DNA from: Tubiluchus corallicola
Lineage: Eukaryota > Animalia > Priapulida
Length of the DNA stretch: 64,000 nucleotides
Reading direction: 5' to 3'
NCBI GenBank assembly: GCA_030141605.1
Contig: JAQGDQ010000001.1
Location: 124,001-188,000, forward strand
Below are positions 43,754-64,000 of the stretch, one piece after another. Under the pieces are notes generated by a model, which was not told the DNA's origin, did not search any database, and saw nothing but the letters and a program-made list of their open reading frames with translations. A program made the position numbers and the translations under genes. How positions within the stretch are numbered: the stretch's first letter is position 1; each line of letters begins with the position of its first letter.

Positions 43754-46700
43754 AGGGAGAGAGAGAGGGGGGAAGAGCGAGTGATAGAGAGAGACGTGAG
43801 ACTCGTAGGAGGGGAGGGGAGAGCCTGCGGATATAGGTAGAAATGTCACAGGTAAAAAAGGCACAGGTAAAATAGCAAAGTTAAAAGTGGCACAGGAAAA
43901 AGGAGCAAATGGAAAACTAGGAAAAAATGGCACGTGTGTCATTTTGATAAAATAATTTCTTAAAATGAAACTTTGATAAAATAAAAAAGCATGCAAAGTA
44001 AGATAAACTTATAAACGAACCAAAATATATTAATACTTATAAGAAAGAATTACCCTACTTTGTAGCCAACTCTCCTCCTCATTTCAAAGAACTATAAAAT
44101 TCCTTTCTGAGACCTCCTTGAATTGCCTCATGAAACAACGTCAAGTTTTGAAGAAAAATGGGAAAAACATCGCATTTCTGCAATTTTTTGCTCCCTCTCC
44201 CGAATCAGCAACGAAATTCCTCTGTCTTTTTCAGAAAGTTCGTGGAAATTGTTAAGCGGTTGTTGCGTAATAAGCTTATCAAACAAACTAAGAAACAAAC
44301 TAAAAAATCAACAGCCATGAAAGCAAGGTCTCCGTGACGGAGTTAATCATAATCATAACCTCAATCATAAATCGCTATTTTTGTGTAATGCTTTCAACTA
44401 ACAGGCAAACAAACGAACAAGCAAACTAACTAACCAACAAACGACCAAACAAACAAACGGCGTTGAAAACATATAACTATCTTGGCAGAGGTAGAAGTAA
44501 TTAAAATAGCTATCTGTAACAGTAACCCTAACCCTTACCCTAAACTTTTATTTTATAAAGTTTGCAAGTGCTATTTTTCCAATTTGTGCCATTTTTCCCT
44601 ACCATGTTTACCATTGCTATTTTTACCGTGCATCAGAGCTTGCTGAATGAAATGGCTCATACTAACTATTGTCTGTAACAATTTTTTCCATTGCTTCACT
44701 TTGTTGCAGCTCAGGTACCAAATGGCACAGTAGGAGGCGCCTTTTAACTCCATCATTCCATTTTCAAATTCTCAAGGATTTCATTCCAATTTTTAACGAA
44801 CAAACTCAGATATTCTGCAAGAAATTGATGACGAAAGCAGACGGGCAAACAAGTTTCAATGTCTATCCGTTTGTAACATTATGTACACTGGATATCATAT
44901 GTGGTACGGTGCTGAAATTGTTGTATGTAGACACGTTCTTTTTTGTTATTTGGACATCTGACTGTTCATTTGTATTTTGTTCAAAAATCAGAATATGACA
45001 GCATTACGCATTTGTAATCTAGTATAATTTGGACATGGATGCTAGTAATATATTTATCATTTACCTTTTATCCAGTACTTGTACTTGTTCATTGATTTAT
45101 CAACGCCATAGTGAAAGTCGATGTTGCTGCCGTTGCTTTCGTTTTTGTTGTTTTCCCTCGTCCGTATCCTCAGGACTGTATTGCCGCTATCGCTATAATT
45201 GTCGCTGTTTTACATCATCAAAATATTTCATATCTGTGTTTGTGCTCCAATTATAAATTATTTCTGCAGTGGATTTCTTGTATTGTTAACAGAAACTGCC
45301 ATGGGGAAAAAGATGAATGCGCAATCTCAGGGAAGTTCAGAGTATGTCTGGGCGGTTAAACGGTAATTAATAAATGGACACCTCATTTAATGTTTTCAGT
45401 CGTATAATGTTCAGTGAATGGAATCATCTGTCATTTGCTTATATATGAGAAAGCTGAGTCAGCGTGATGGTGCTTAGTACTCATTCTAGAACAAGTGCGT
45501 GCCGGTGTAACAGCCTGAAGTATACCCTTGCCCAGACGCTAGGTTATTCCAAGTTAGGCTGTTGTATACACGGGGTATAATTGGCTAGGCCAATTTATAC
45601 CCCCAGATATAAAATGGGCTAGGCTAGAATAAACCCCTAGTTCAGAATATGCCAATTTTTTTCCAAATCAAAGAGCTTATTGTTTTTACTTATTTTATTT
45701 TTATTATCTTATTTTTATTATTTTATCATTTTTGCTAATAATGTGGTATTGCCGATGATCCCACATAGTGTATCAAATTCGTGAAGGGTAAGCACAAAAT
45801 AATTTAGCGTCTATATCAATGAAAGACTGTTTTATTCAGCACATAAAAACTTATCTACATGAATATTAGTGTGACGATGTAGTCTAATTTTCGCTGTTGT
45901 AAATGGGTGGTTCGTGACTTAAGTATAACCCTAAGGTAAAGAATAAAACGCTTAGTCGAAAACACTGAGAAAAATAACTGAATTAATAAAATTATATAAC
46001 AATTTAATGAATATCTCGAAATATATTGCAAGGCAAATATTAATAACAGTGATTAAGCCGGCTAAGATAAAAAAACAATGTAACGTTTTTCATCAGTTCT
46101 GTCTCGGCATCACCAGGCGACTTTCCTCCTGCTTCCATCCAATGTCATCTCTCTGACTCCTCACCAGTGAGCTTTGTCGAGAAATGGTGCACCATAGAAC
46201 GGTTAGCCACACTACTTCTTCATGCATCCGATTACGTGAACAAAATCTCTAAACTTTCACGACTCCTGATGACGTCCTCGCTTCCACTTATATGTCGCCA
46301 AAAATAGAGCAGCATTCGCTCTTCTGTACTCACCACAAGGTAAGGTTCACCAGTTTCGTAATCGCAGCGCGGAGGCACCAACGGCGGTATTAACATCAGG
46401 TAAATACGGGTAAGTATCATCATCAGCAGATATCATCGACAACTGGTAAGTATAATCTTTAACAGGTTATATATCAACGTCAGGAAAATGCAATCAGCAA
46501 CAGGTATTATTACTGGTATGCAGCTATCACTTATGTCCTAACTATGTAGACAGATTGCTTTGCTGCAAGCAAGCACCGTTACTACTAAGCCATTTTTATG
46601 ACACGAGAACGTCCGCTTAACTCGACAACTTAGAGCGGAATACCTGGGCGAACTGAACAGCCAAAATTTCGTCTACGTGGCTTCAGTCACATGATGTAGT

Positions 46701-49098
46701 AATGCATAAACAGTGTCATTGAATGTACAGGTAAAGGCTGATTTCAGAACAGGTTGGTTTCTAGCGTTATATCATTAAGCAGTTTAACTAAACTTCTTTT
46801 ATGAAAATTGAAAATAATTAATGGTGGAGTTATAACAGTTAGTAACTAGTTAGTAACCTGGCCTGTAATAAGCTTGAGCGTCACAATTAGCATTAATGCA
46901 CATTCATTGATAGTAACAAAAATGATTTTCCATGTTCCCATTATAATACAATAATTCAGTTTAGCTAAACTGTATCTGAAGTGGATGTTACACAGTATTA
47001 CATACAGTCATGGCAACTCTCTATATTATTAGTATTTGCAACTTCAAAGCAAGAACAGATTAATATGTTTTTATAGCCCAAAATTTTTCCTAAGTTGGTA
47101 ATGTATTTAATTTGGTCAGTAGAAACAATTGGGCAGTTACAGAACATTTAAAACAACATTGAAATGCTCAGAAAGATTTGTGAGGTACAAAGCATGTTCT
47201 GAAGAACTTAATTGAAAACTTGCTGAATATATCAACCAATCCTTGGACTGTCCACGTTTACTATACACTGCAATGTGGCATGCCCGAAGGTATAAAGTAT
47301 GCTAGGCCAAATTACACCCCGGGGTGTATTCTGGAGGGAGCGTAATCTGGGCTGTTTTTACCCCGGGTATAAAATTAGCTAGGCTAGAATAATCCCCAAA
47401 ACAGTTTTATTATTGACTTTAATAGGGGTTTAATGTGGCCTAGGGAGGTACAGTTTGGACTAGGCTACTTTACGCCCAAGGGTATAAAGTAGGCTAAGCC
47501 AAATTACACCCCGGGTTTATTCTGGGCTAGGCTAAACTATGCCGGGGTATATTCTGGGGGGGGGGGCGTAATCTGGTTTGTTACACCGAGAACCAGGAAC
47601 TGGGTACTAGACAACCGAGCGTCTGCACAATGGAGTATCAGGGTAATTATGTACCAGGACAAATAGGAATCTCTGCAAAAAGTGGTTGTTAAAGGTTTTT
47701 AATTACTTGACATTCGTTACTTTATACTTGAATACAAAATCAATGACATGATGTAGAACTTAGTCACCAATTGCTTCTATTTTCCAAAAGCTTGTTTTTC
47801 TGGAGCAAAACTGGTGGTTTGCCGTATTAATCCTTTTATGTTTTCTTAAACCTTATTTACAGCCAATGATTAACAAAAATTTCAAATAATTATTTTAGGA
47901 TGTCAGAAATAATAATCAGAAGGATTAAATCAGTTTGGTATTGGAATGAAATCTTATTTAGCCTGACACCGCTTGGCAAAGAACAAGCGCGATGTCTGAA
48001 AATTCTGCATGATACAACTGATAAGGTATTGCATAACATATAAAGCTTCTATTGTAATTTAAAATATTATTCGTCGTTTTCATTTACATAAAAGTTTTAT
48101 AGTGAACTGCTACTTAATGTATCAAGGAAATGACATCAGAAAAGGAAGTGACGGCTATATGCGTAAGCCGTAACTGAGTTTTTGTGAGGCAGGAAATATT
48201 AACAAAAATTTAGGTATAATGATTATTGCGAGACTAATTAGTGCTATATTGCTTATATTAACACTGACTGTTATTTAATATTAGATTTAATTAAACAGGT
48301 AATAGCAGAAAGAGCTAAAGCGCTAAGAAATGGCAGCAGAGTTAATACAACTGAGTTCAGTCTTCCACTCAAAGAAGAAAGTGACATCTGCTTTGGTAAA
48401 CGGAAAAGACTAGCTTTTCTTGACACATTACTTATGGCAAGTGAAGACGGAAAAGAACTCAGCTTTTCTGATATTCGTGAAGAAGTTGATACTTTTATGT
48501 TTGAGGTATCAGTACTTTTATGTATGTTTTTATGTATATCAAACAATATGTATATATATATCAATTAATCATTTTTTTAATTCCTCAAGTGCTTCCGTGC
48601 GAGTCATTGTGCTTTACGTGCTTTTGTAGCACGTGCAAGATTTTATAACTAGTCGCATTGCATTCTATTTTTTGTATGAAATGTTGAAACAAAACTCCGC
48701 CTCAATTTTGTGTATTGCAGACAATCAGATGCAGTTTCGCTTTTTTGACATATTCAGTTATTCAATCAAAAATTAACTACAGGGCCATGATACTACAACT
48801 GTAGCTGCCAATTGGGCTATATTTTTCATGGGACAGTATCCTGAAATTCAGGATAAAGTTTACCAGGAAATGGTTGAAATATTTGGTGTTCAAGATCGTC
48901 GTGCAACAACATACGAGGATCTTAACAAGATGACATATTTGGAATGCGTAATAAAGGTGTGTTATGTTTTCTTTGATGATGTTTAGCGGTGTGCTTTTTA
49001 TTAATAGTTTCGTGGAAAAAGAGGATTCCAGGGAAAGTGAGAGAAACAGAGAGGAAAGGATGAAGATAGGGAGAGAGTGAGAGAGAGAGAGAGAGAGA

Positions 49099-49141
<43 letters not shown>

Positions 49142-51493
49142 AGGGATGAAAGAAAAGATAAACACTTTAGTCCACAATTATTATTTCAGAATAGAATTGC
49201 AAATCCCTACTTTGTCCAGTAATATTCGGCAGATTATACATTTGCAATCTGTAAAATATTGTCTTATAGATGTGATAACTGATGTTTACGACGAAATAAT
49301 ATTCGCATTCAAGAAGAACATTCTTTTCATTATTCCTGTAATTTTCTTAATGTTTTTCTGGTTCGCCATTTCATTAATGATCTATAAAAAACGAAAAAGT
49401 TTAGGTTTCTCTGCTGCTTTGTTTAGTGTTTAGTGCTGTGTCTTATGGCAAACCAAAATTAATGTCCAACAATTAGGTTTTCTAGCAAAAGCAGTAAAAC
49501 TAAGGTTTTCTAGTGAATACAACCCAGGTTAAGCAAGGTATATGCTAATTAATAGATATTAATTCCTATTTATTTATCAATTTTTACACCTATCTGATCT
49601 TTCTTTATTTCTTTATTTTCTGAAATTCTTTCCCATTTCATGGACCCGAAAATTTCTCTTCATTGGGATGATTTTTCAAGGTAACATTTTTTGAAAACAT
49701 TTGGTAGTATTTTTTTAGAATACAGCTGCCCATAAACGATTGTAGTAGTTTTTGCAGCCGATGCGAATTTACCGAATCATACTTGTAATAAAAATTAATG
49801 TCTCTTCAACTATGATGTTTAATGATAGGTGTTGGTGGTCTATGCTTTTCAGATGAATAACAAAATTAACCAAAACATCGTCTCATCTAGCGACCGGGAA
49901 TTTAAGTATCTGTATAATCACAGACAAATTTTATTTTTACCGGCCTCACTTCAACCTTTCAACTTTCTCCCTCATTTCAACCCCGATGTGTGTATCACGT
50001 ACTTTAGTTGTTTTTTTTTTGGTCAAGGAATTCATGCTTCCTTTGACTTAGTAAGCCATGTTATTATACTTAATGTTGACCTTGAAGAATTTCCCAGTGT
50101 GTCAATTTATCATAAAGCATTTTTAGCTAGACTATTTCGATTTCTTCATTTCCATATTTACCATATTATTGTCCAGACGGCTTCTCTAAGATATCATACT
50201 GTCAAAGAAATGATATTTATGAGAAATTGTGGCATACTAACTTAGTGGAAATAAGGTGTTATGTTCACTCTTTATAAGTCTTTGAATTCCGACAAAGTTC
50301 AGTATTCTCTTTCAGTAATGTTAATGTAGCGGTTTCTCTTTGGGGGCAACAAATGCACTAAGAATGCGTTCCTTGGAATACGGGATGTGTAAATTCATGC
50401 TTACCAGTGTTTGTGCTGTAGTGTGTCTATCAATATTGTACATTTCCCCTGAAGACCAATATTCCACTGGTCTTTTTTTGGACTGGGGACTGGGACAGGA
50501 TCATTGCATGTTACGTCCCACAGTTCCCACCAGAAAAATGGAATAAAGTTGTGATGGAACAAAATTTCTTTTGCTAATCCGCTCAGTAATACAGTGTCAT
50601 ATGACTTATCCTGTCTATATGTTTTCTATGTTTTGCTTGAGTAATGAACGTAAGGCGATTGATACTCTTTAACAATTTTTACATAGGTAAAGCATAAATT
50701 TGATGTACTTTTAGTTAATAATGTTTTTAGTGGACTTTCGTTTCAGGAAACTCTAAGACTGTATCCATCTGTACCAGCTATAGGGCGAACACTTACTAGT
50801 GATCAGATGTTTGGTATGTAAACTTAGGATCAAATTTTAGTTAATTAAAGGTCTGAGCACGTGGCATCGACCTATTAGGCCTATTATATTAGTTTTGAGA
50901 GGTTGTAATGTTTCAAAAAAGAATCCGTCGACGATTCCTGACGAATTGTTGACGCAATCAAAACTGCAACAATTCTGCATCATTTTTCACAAAGTGTAAA
51001 AGGAGGAAGAACGAAAAATTATTGTTACGTGTTTCGTTTTTGCGATTAGCGGCTACGCTGGCGGCATCAAACGGCGGACGATTAAAAAAATTTTGAGTGG
51101 CGCACTGACTGTAATAATAATATTCTTAAGTTCACCAATAATGTTGGTATACGCCCAATTTCGATAAGCCAAAATCACTTTTGCGTTTTTAATAAAAGAA
51201 AAATATCTCAATTAAAAGCAATTGTTAGTTTAAAAAACTGAAAACATTTCATAAAAAGGAAAAAAATTATAGCAATAAGTTTGTATTATGTACTAACAAA
51301 TGCTTCTTCTTGTAAGTAAAATTTTATTGTTCTTCCTGAGGAAAGAGGCTAGCTGACTGCGTGATGGGCTGCCTACTATGTAAAAAGGTAATGCCTTTTT
51401 AATGGTTAATTGAGTTTTCTCTCCCTGCCTATCTTAGAGAGAAAGAGATGGAGGGAGAGAAAGAGAAAGAGAGGGAGGGAGAGAGAGAGAGAG

Positions 51494-51534
<41 letters not shown>

Positions 51535-53537
51535 AGGGAGAGAGAGAGAAAGAGAGAGAGAGAGAGACAGGGAGACAGAAAGAGGGAGGGACAGAGACAG
51601 ACAGACACACGCACGCACGCACGCACGCACACAACAAGTAATTGCATACGGTGCTTCATATATACAGTGGTAGAGATGAGTAGGACTGAACTGCCAGTCA
51701 AAGGCATCGTAGCGTCTTGATACACCCATGGACACACACTCTTATACATGTATGATGTATGCATTATTACATACAGAGATTCTATGAAGCTGAGCCTATA
51801 TATTTAACTATATAAAATGATTGCCTTTAGCACCTAGGCCTGTATAAAATCAATTAATTTAAGCCCATCAATAAATAATATTTATCAAGACTTGTCTGTT
51901 ATCGCTAAATATAAGTGACGTCTATACATGATATATAAGGTGTTATGACTCGCGTGCAAATTCTAATTTATGCGCCAGGTTGGCTTCTCACCTGAATTCT
52001 GCAACTTGCTTTTGACCTAGTTAGTTAGTTGTTATAGAGGTGGAAATAATGTCGGCTGTTCAGGATGACAGCTCTGGTGTTTTGTTTTGTTATTTCTGTT
52101 CAATGACAATAAAAAAGAGGAGTAATGTCGTAAATGCATCTCCGTTTGTTCAACGTGATTTTATAACCAACTCCAACTCATAACAAAGGCCAATGTATGA
52201 TTATATGATTTTTAAACACCTTTTAACTTGAAATTAACAAAACAGGCAGACGCCTAGATTAAGTTTTGTTCTGGAAAAATTGTTTGCTCTTCTGAAAAAA
52301 TCGATTTTTTTCTATGAAAGGTATTACACATAAAAGTCAGGCCTAATATTTCTTCAAGTTATATTTCCTGATAAGAACATATTAAATAGGAATGTTTTTT
52401 AGAAAAAATATTTCTCCAGAAATAGAATACTACATGGGCCAGGTATTTGCAAACTTTCTTTATGATCAACTTTCTTAACTTCTTTTGTAAATAAGCCTAT
52501 TAATTTTCACGAGATACGAATATAATAGTTACATTTTAACTACTAATTATTCTTAATGCCTTATGCTTGCTTTAAATAATATTCAAAAATATAACAGCTG
52601 CTATAAATCGCCAAAGACAGATGTAGACCTTGTAGTCTTTGCTGAATGTACAAAACATTTAACTTGTAACAAAAGGTACAAAACTGTGTTATGATTAGCA
52701 TTTTGTTATAATTACCTGGCTGCATCCTCCGGAAATTGCTGAGCAATTTGCGAGCACTTGTCGACCGGCCTGGCTTTGGTGGTCTCATCTATTCATCTGC
52801 TACAGTACACACCGGTGTTCGAAAAGCTTACGCTGTAGCGTACCTGACAACAACAGTCCGTACTGCTGTGCCACTACGGCGGCACTAACTGTGCGAATTT
52901 CTGTGGTCCATATTCTTTGATTTTTCAGGAATGTTAAACGTCGTGTTTTCTTGTATTGCCCATTATGATTACAGAAACGTGAATTCTGAATCCTGAACAT
53001 GTGAAGATAAACTCTTTTTTACAAGATGCGCTCTTTTTGTTTAGGAGAATATTTGGTCCCCAGAGGTACAACTGTGGTGATCTCTAAATATCGACTTCAT
53101 CGTAACCCCGAGTTCTTTCCTGATCCCGAACGTTTTGATCCGGAACGTTTTACATTGGAGAATTCGATGAAGCGTGATCCTTATGCGTATATTCCTTTTT
53201 CAGCTGGACTACGAAACTGCATAGGTGTGTAAAGCTTTTATGTTTTTATATAATACTTTTTATTATTTTGCAGATTTTTATAATATAGAAAATAATATAC
53301 TCTTGTGAAGAAAGCCAATCATGTGTCATCGATGTGCTCACATGTCATAATAATTATGTTTTCATTTTTTACTCAGGTCAGAAGTTTGCCATGCTGGAGG
53401 AAAAAGTTATTTTGTCAACTGTCATACGAAATTTTAAAATTAAAAGCGTAGTTCCACGCGAGAAGATAGTTCTTTGCCCAGAACTAGTTTTGCGTCCCAA
53501 AGATGGCATCGAAGTAATATTAACAAAGAGAAACTAG
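42322..53537 (+). CDS. Cytochrome P450, CYP4 clan (CYP4V-like), copy 3, 11 exons, intact
   Basis: Exons 42322-42499, 42812-42924, 43258-43343, 44710-44903, 45293-45362, 47899-48025, 48299-48505, 48783-48956, 50747-50813, 53045-53224, 53377-53537. Motifs [37 protein letters not shown]. Confidence 0.95.
43830..44632. mobile_element. MITE-like element with inverted GGTAAAAATGGCAC-type repeat arrays
   Basis: Array at 43830-43940 and an inverted array at 44565-44632, with three TAACCC-like units at 44523-44543. A second pair occurs at about 535-640 and 1225-1285. Confidence 0.5.
45506..47585. mobile_element. Non-autonomous Ginger1-like DNA transposon in CYP copy 3 intron 5
   Basis: CCGG|TGTAACA...TGTTACA|CCGA: TGT..ACA termini with a near-match 4-bp target duplication. 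Both ends carry related GGGGTATAA..GGCTAGGCCAAATTACACCCC subterminal repeats. Confidence 0.6.
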
Positions 53538-54014
53538 GATTTATGGGCTTGATGGGCCTATTCATTTGTTCTGAGGTTAATATCATGCAGACTCGATGAG
53601 CAATTAAAAGTATCAAAAATTGGACTATAATACAACATTATAAGTTTGAAAACAAACCGAATAATAATAGTAGATAAAAAAACTAAATTAGTTTTCATGT
53701 TCGACTTGCATGTCCGTTATTATTATTATTATTAAGATATCTCTACGCGCGCACAATAAAATATTAATATCATTGGCCAAATTATTGATAAAATTTTCAT
53801 TTAGCCATATATGGCGCAATAATATTGCGCAATATTTAGTTTGCGTCAAAATTTCACAAAGGATGAAACAGTTGCTTTGTCTCTTACTGTGTCATAGGAG
53901 CGGAGAAAGAGAAAGTTAGAGACGAAAACGGCAAAAACAGTTATTTGGAGGGAACTAATCTTGGATAATATAATTTAATGAAATACTTTTATCTGAATGA
54001 ACCAGTGAATAAAT

Positions 54015-54382
54015 AAATACACAAATTACAAACCAGAAGAAACAAAGCTTTTGAAGAATGGATTTACAGTGTTTTGATGAACTGTAAACAAGCAAGGTAT
54101 GGCCATGTACCTCAGAACAATGAAACTTTATATCTCAGAATATCAGCTGCAACTTTCAAGTTTTGACTTTAATTTTGTGCGAGCAAACAAAGAGAAAAAA
54201 ATACACAAATTACAAACCAGAAGAAACAAAGCTTTTGAAGAATGGATTTACAGTGTTTTGATGAACTGTAAACAAGCAAGGTATGGCCATGTACCTCAGA
54301 ACAATGAAACTTTATATCTCAGAATATCAGCTGCAACTTTCAAGTTTTGACTTTAATTTTGTGCGAGCAAACAAAGAGAAAA
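54015..54382 (+). repeat. Exact tandem duplication, 2 x 184 bp
   Basis: ATACACAAATTACAAACC starts at 54017 and again at 54201; the copies appear identical. Confidence 0.95.
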
Positions 54383-56739
54383 GTCTTTAGAGTATTGTGT
54401 TGGCTTCGAACATTCAGCTCCTAAAAATGTTGAAGACATTTCATTTAGATGAACTTGCAATCTACTAATGTCTTTGCAAAATATCATATCTTTATTTACC
54501 GCTATATAAACTAAAATATGCCGTTATATTGACTATAATTTTTGCTTAGTATCTCCTGATATTGACAGTCATTTGTTTATAAACAATTTAAATTCATTGT
54601 ATCATATTGCTAAAGTTTACTATTGAAATAAAAAAGGATAACAAAATACTTTAAATTACTTTTCAAAATGTGTTGATTCATAAACATTTGTTAAAATGGT
54701 CGAGTGGTCCTACGTTTCTTTTTTATCTTTTCCCATTACTTGACAGTTGGTAGATAGTTAAGTAGTTCAGCTGGGAGTATAGTTAAATAGTTCAACTGGG
54801 CTAACTTACTTGATTTTTATTTAATTTATTCAGTTTTCGTGTTTATGTTAGAATTAGGTACAAGACACAAATAATTTGTTTTTGGTGTGAGTATAAGTGT
54901 ATAAAAATTTTGTTTTGCAACACAACATGTAAAGCAAAGTTAACACACCGTTTCATATTTGTTATTGTAGTACTTTGTTGTAATTTTTATTATAACTAGC
55001 GCTTTTATTGTAACCATGTTTGTACTTGATAAATCTTGATATAGTGCACATATCCTTGTGTATAATAATTAAGTCCTCTTTGTAAGAAGTTACTAGACAA
55101 GTTCTTATAGTTTGGTTTGTAGCACTTTCCGGAATCGCCGATAAATCACTTAAAATTCAACCATTCTCCATGTTTTTCATGCATGTTTATGTACTGTAGC
55201 GATTTGCAGCGAGTGAATGTTTGTGAGAACGTGTTACGTGATCAAAGTAGGCGGGCTAAACGCCGCTTGCGATCTATCTATTGGACAGATTTTGGAAGAT
55301 GTATTCAGCTTCGTAACTGCTCATCATCTCGGATGTACCGAAATCATCCTCTCCATATATTTCTCTGTTGAAAGGCACTTACACACTTAGCAAATCCAAG
55401 AAATCCATTTACAGCCTTCACATCTGTTGCTACCTTGGAATGGCTTTAGCGCTTAAAAAGAAGCTCGGGAGCCTCATAATCTGTGATGCACTTTTTGATT
55501 TATGCGAAGCCAAGTTTGTGCTTCTTTGTTGTACAAACTATTCAGGAATTTGAAGACGGAACGATCAAATGGTTGCAAACGATGAGTACAACAAGAAGGA
55601 AGGATAACAGGTTAACATTGTTTTCCCTTGCTTTGAATGTTAGTTCCAGGTTCTTTGTGTGGTAAGATATAGAGCCTGTCAAGTCTGGAATGATTTGCCC
55701 TATTATTTTAAGGAAACAGCAAATTGCAAACTGTTTTTAGAATTGTGTAAACAGCGTGCTAACACATATAGATATAGACTATAAACCGCTTTGAAAGAAA
55801 AGTTTTTCGTGTGTTACTACATGTATATTAACTTGGAAACTATAAGTTAATTTACGGATTATGGGCTTATGTCTTTTGTAATTACAAGCGTATTCTAGTT
55901 CCCGTACAATTATCTTGTAAGTTTACTTTGATTCTATGAAATTAAATAAAGTTCGTCAAAAAATCGCTTGGCTTTACATTTGGTTAACCCAAGTACCATT
56001 GCCATAGACATAGATTCTGGCTATCTCAGACTTGAATGTCGTGATACGGTTCTGCCAAATCTCTTTTAGCCATTTTGCGCTCTTTGTTAAAGGTATATGT
56101 GCTATGTTGTGCATATAACTATATAAATTGTTATAAATGGTTTACAATACAGTTAATTAATTACAATATTATATTACAATATTTCACCTATCTTTTATCA
56201 TCCTTGTTAATCTTTTATCCACATCTTTTATCGTTCTATCACGCCTGAATTTATTTCTTGAAAGGCTGAAAAGCCTTTTATACGTTTTTCCTGTTAGCCA
56301 TTAGTGTTTGAGTAATTACGTTTATATTTATTATTAATGCATACATAATTGTAATGTTTTAGTCAAATAAAATATGTTTAAACTAAATTTATTACTCTAT
56401 CTATGGTTTTTATTTTTCCTTTATTTTTTCTCATCGGCGTTAGTGTTGTAAATTAAAGAACTTTGTACGACCATCACCAAATATAACGCCTTCAAGTTCC
56501 TTAGTTCCAGCAGTTAAGCTCTTTGCGTTTTATGTGCAAGGACAACCTCCCTATTTAATGCTACACATTCATTCCTATATTTTCGAAAGTCTTCCCAGCT
56601 AAATTTAAAAATTCACAAGCACACGTTGTGCACGTGGAATAAATGTTTCACTTTTACTTGGAAAGTAACTAACAAGAACGTCAACAAATACACCTTAACT
56701 TGACCCTGAAGTTGCAACACTTGGCATAAAGATAAAATT

Positions 56740-57450
56740 ATTAATAAGATAAGAAAAGATATTTATTCAGGATAGCTTGGTTGAGTAAAGTTCGTTTACG
56801 ACAAGGTCCTGATTGGTGCACAGTTTGCAAACAATATTCAGGCTAACACCAAAAACATCTGAACAAAAAGAAAACATGTCAAAATTTAAAAGCAGCCCAA
56901 AAAGACGAAATTAAAAAGCATAGTATAATTAATTAGTATAACACTCTTGAAAACAGCTTTAAGATGACCCTTAATATTGCTACTGCTTCTTAATCATTTG
57001 ACAAGAATTCCATACTTTAGCCCCCCTGTAAAGATTTTTGTCCAGCTTGTTCAGCATAACGGTATTTGTAATTCATTTCTTGCAGCTGACTTGGTTCGAT
57101 ACTGATGCCAATATTAGAAAAGTGTTGATTTAAAGGATTTTGGACACTTTCAAGTATTTGATAGACAAGACATGACATTTGCTGTCGGATTTCCAGTGGT
57201 AGCCAGTTTAGTTCTCTGTGCATGGCGGTAATGTGTTCGCGTGGGTCACATTTTAAAATAAATCGTGTAACTTTGTTATGCATGATCTGTAATCTACTCA
57301 GCAATATAGTTCTAGCCGATGAATAAACCGTATCATTGTAGTCAAAATTTCGTAATATTAAATAGTTATGAATCAGCATTGCAGCACGTGGAGTGAGATT
57401 TTGACGAATTTCATGAAAATAACCAATCTTTTTGTTTATCTTATCATGAA
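56740..57450 (-). mobile_element. CR1/L2-group LINE 3' fragment
   Basis: FDYNDTVYSS...RLQIMHNKVTRFIL...MHRELNWLPLE. Minus-strand AATAAA followed by a (TCTTA)-like tail near 56740-56767. Confidence 0.75.
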
Positions 57451-57893
57451 ATTTATATGCACTGTAAATTTTAAATTATAAACGACTATAATAGAAAAGT
57501 TATGCGCTTAAGAACAGGTTCCGTAGGAGTAGTAGAAAATAGAAAATATGAAGTAAGCATGGAGACATATAAGAGTCCAAGCGCGATGACGACGTGAGAT
57601 TCGCTCAGTAAATATCACGCAGAGGTCGAGCACATTGGCTGATAGTGTTAGAATCATGTGTGCTTAAACTACTGATATTTTTTAAAATTTTTATTTACTT
57701 ATTTAGTAAACTAGTCTGCACCAACAACAATGTTAGACATTGAACTACTGCTGAGCTTACATTTATGTGATCATTAATATTTAACACTGAGTCCTGCTGA
57801 CTTATTAGTTTATTGATCAGCGAATATGACATAGTGAATTGCATTGATCTACATAATACGTCACTTCAATTTTATTGTTCACAAGCTGTTATT

Positions 57894-63805
<5,912 letters not shown>

Positions 63806-64000
63806 GTAGCTACGACTAACTGCAGCTTTTTTATTTTTTGTTGTTTTTGGGAGGCTCCATCGTCATTCTTTGCACTTATACTTGTTACTGTTGTGTTTGT
63901 TGTCTTGCTGTCGCTCCTTGATAATGATGGGTTTGCCTTTTCTGTTTTCTCTGCAAAATAAATGTAGTGGTGGTTTCTCGCAAAATGTAATTTTCACAGA

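Noticed and set aside
44523-44543. Interstitial telomere (TAACCC)n
   Set aside because: Only three imperfect units, inside a MITE-like element.

Overview
Animal (invertebrate-like) nuclear DNA: AT-rich, with GT-AG introns and many microsatellites and transposon relics. No prokaryotic features or CRISPR arrays. (1) A two-exon, divergent BMP-class TGF-beta gene (2619-7770, +). Its reading frame breaks 2-4 codons after the KR prodomain cleavage site, and its mature domain lacks the inter-chain cysteine. (2) A decayed trypsin-like (S1A) protease pseudogene (about 12130-14396, -) that the ORF track shows only in fragments. (3) An internally deleted Harbinger/PIF element (about 15.4-17.4 kb). (4) A tandem array of four CYP4-clan (CYP4V-like) P450 genes on +: three complete 11-exon genes (24244-30804, 33245-39972, 42322-53537) and a fourth (57894 onward) cut by the window edge. 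Three of the four have nuclear-receptor-type half-site arrays just upstream of the ATG. (5) LINE tails, a Ginger-like element, MITEs, SINE-like and 5S-like relics, and a palindrome with degenerate hammerhead cores. All exon models were read by eye; no searches were run.
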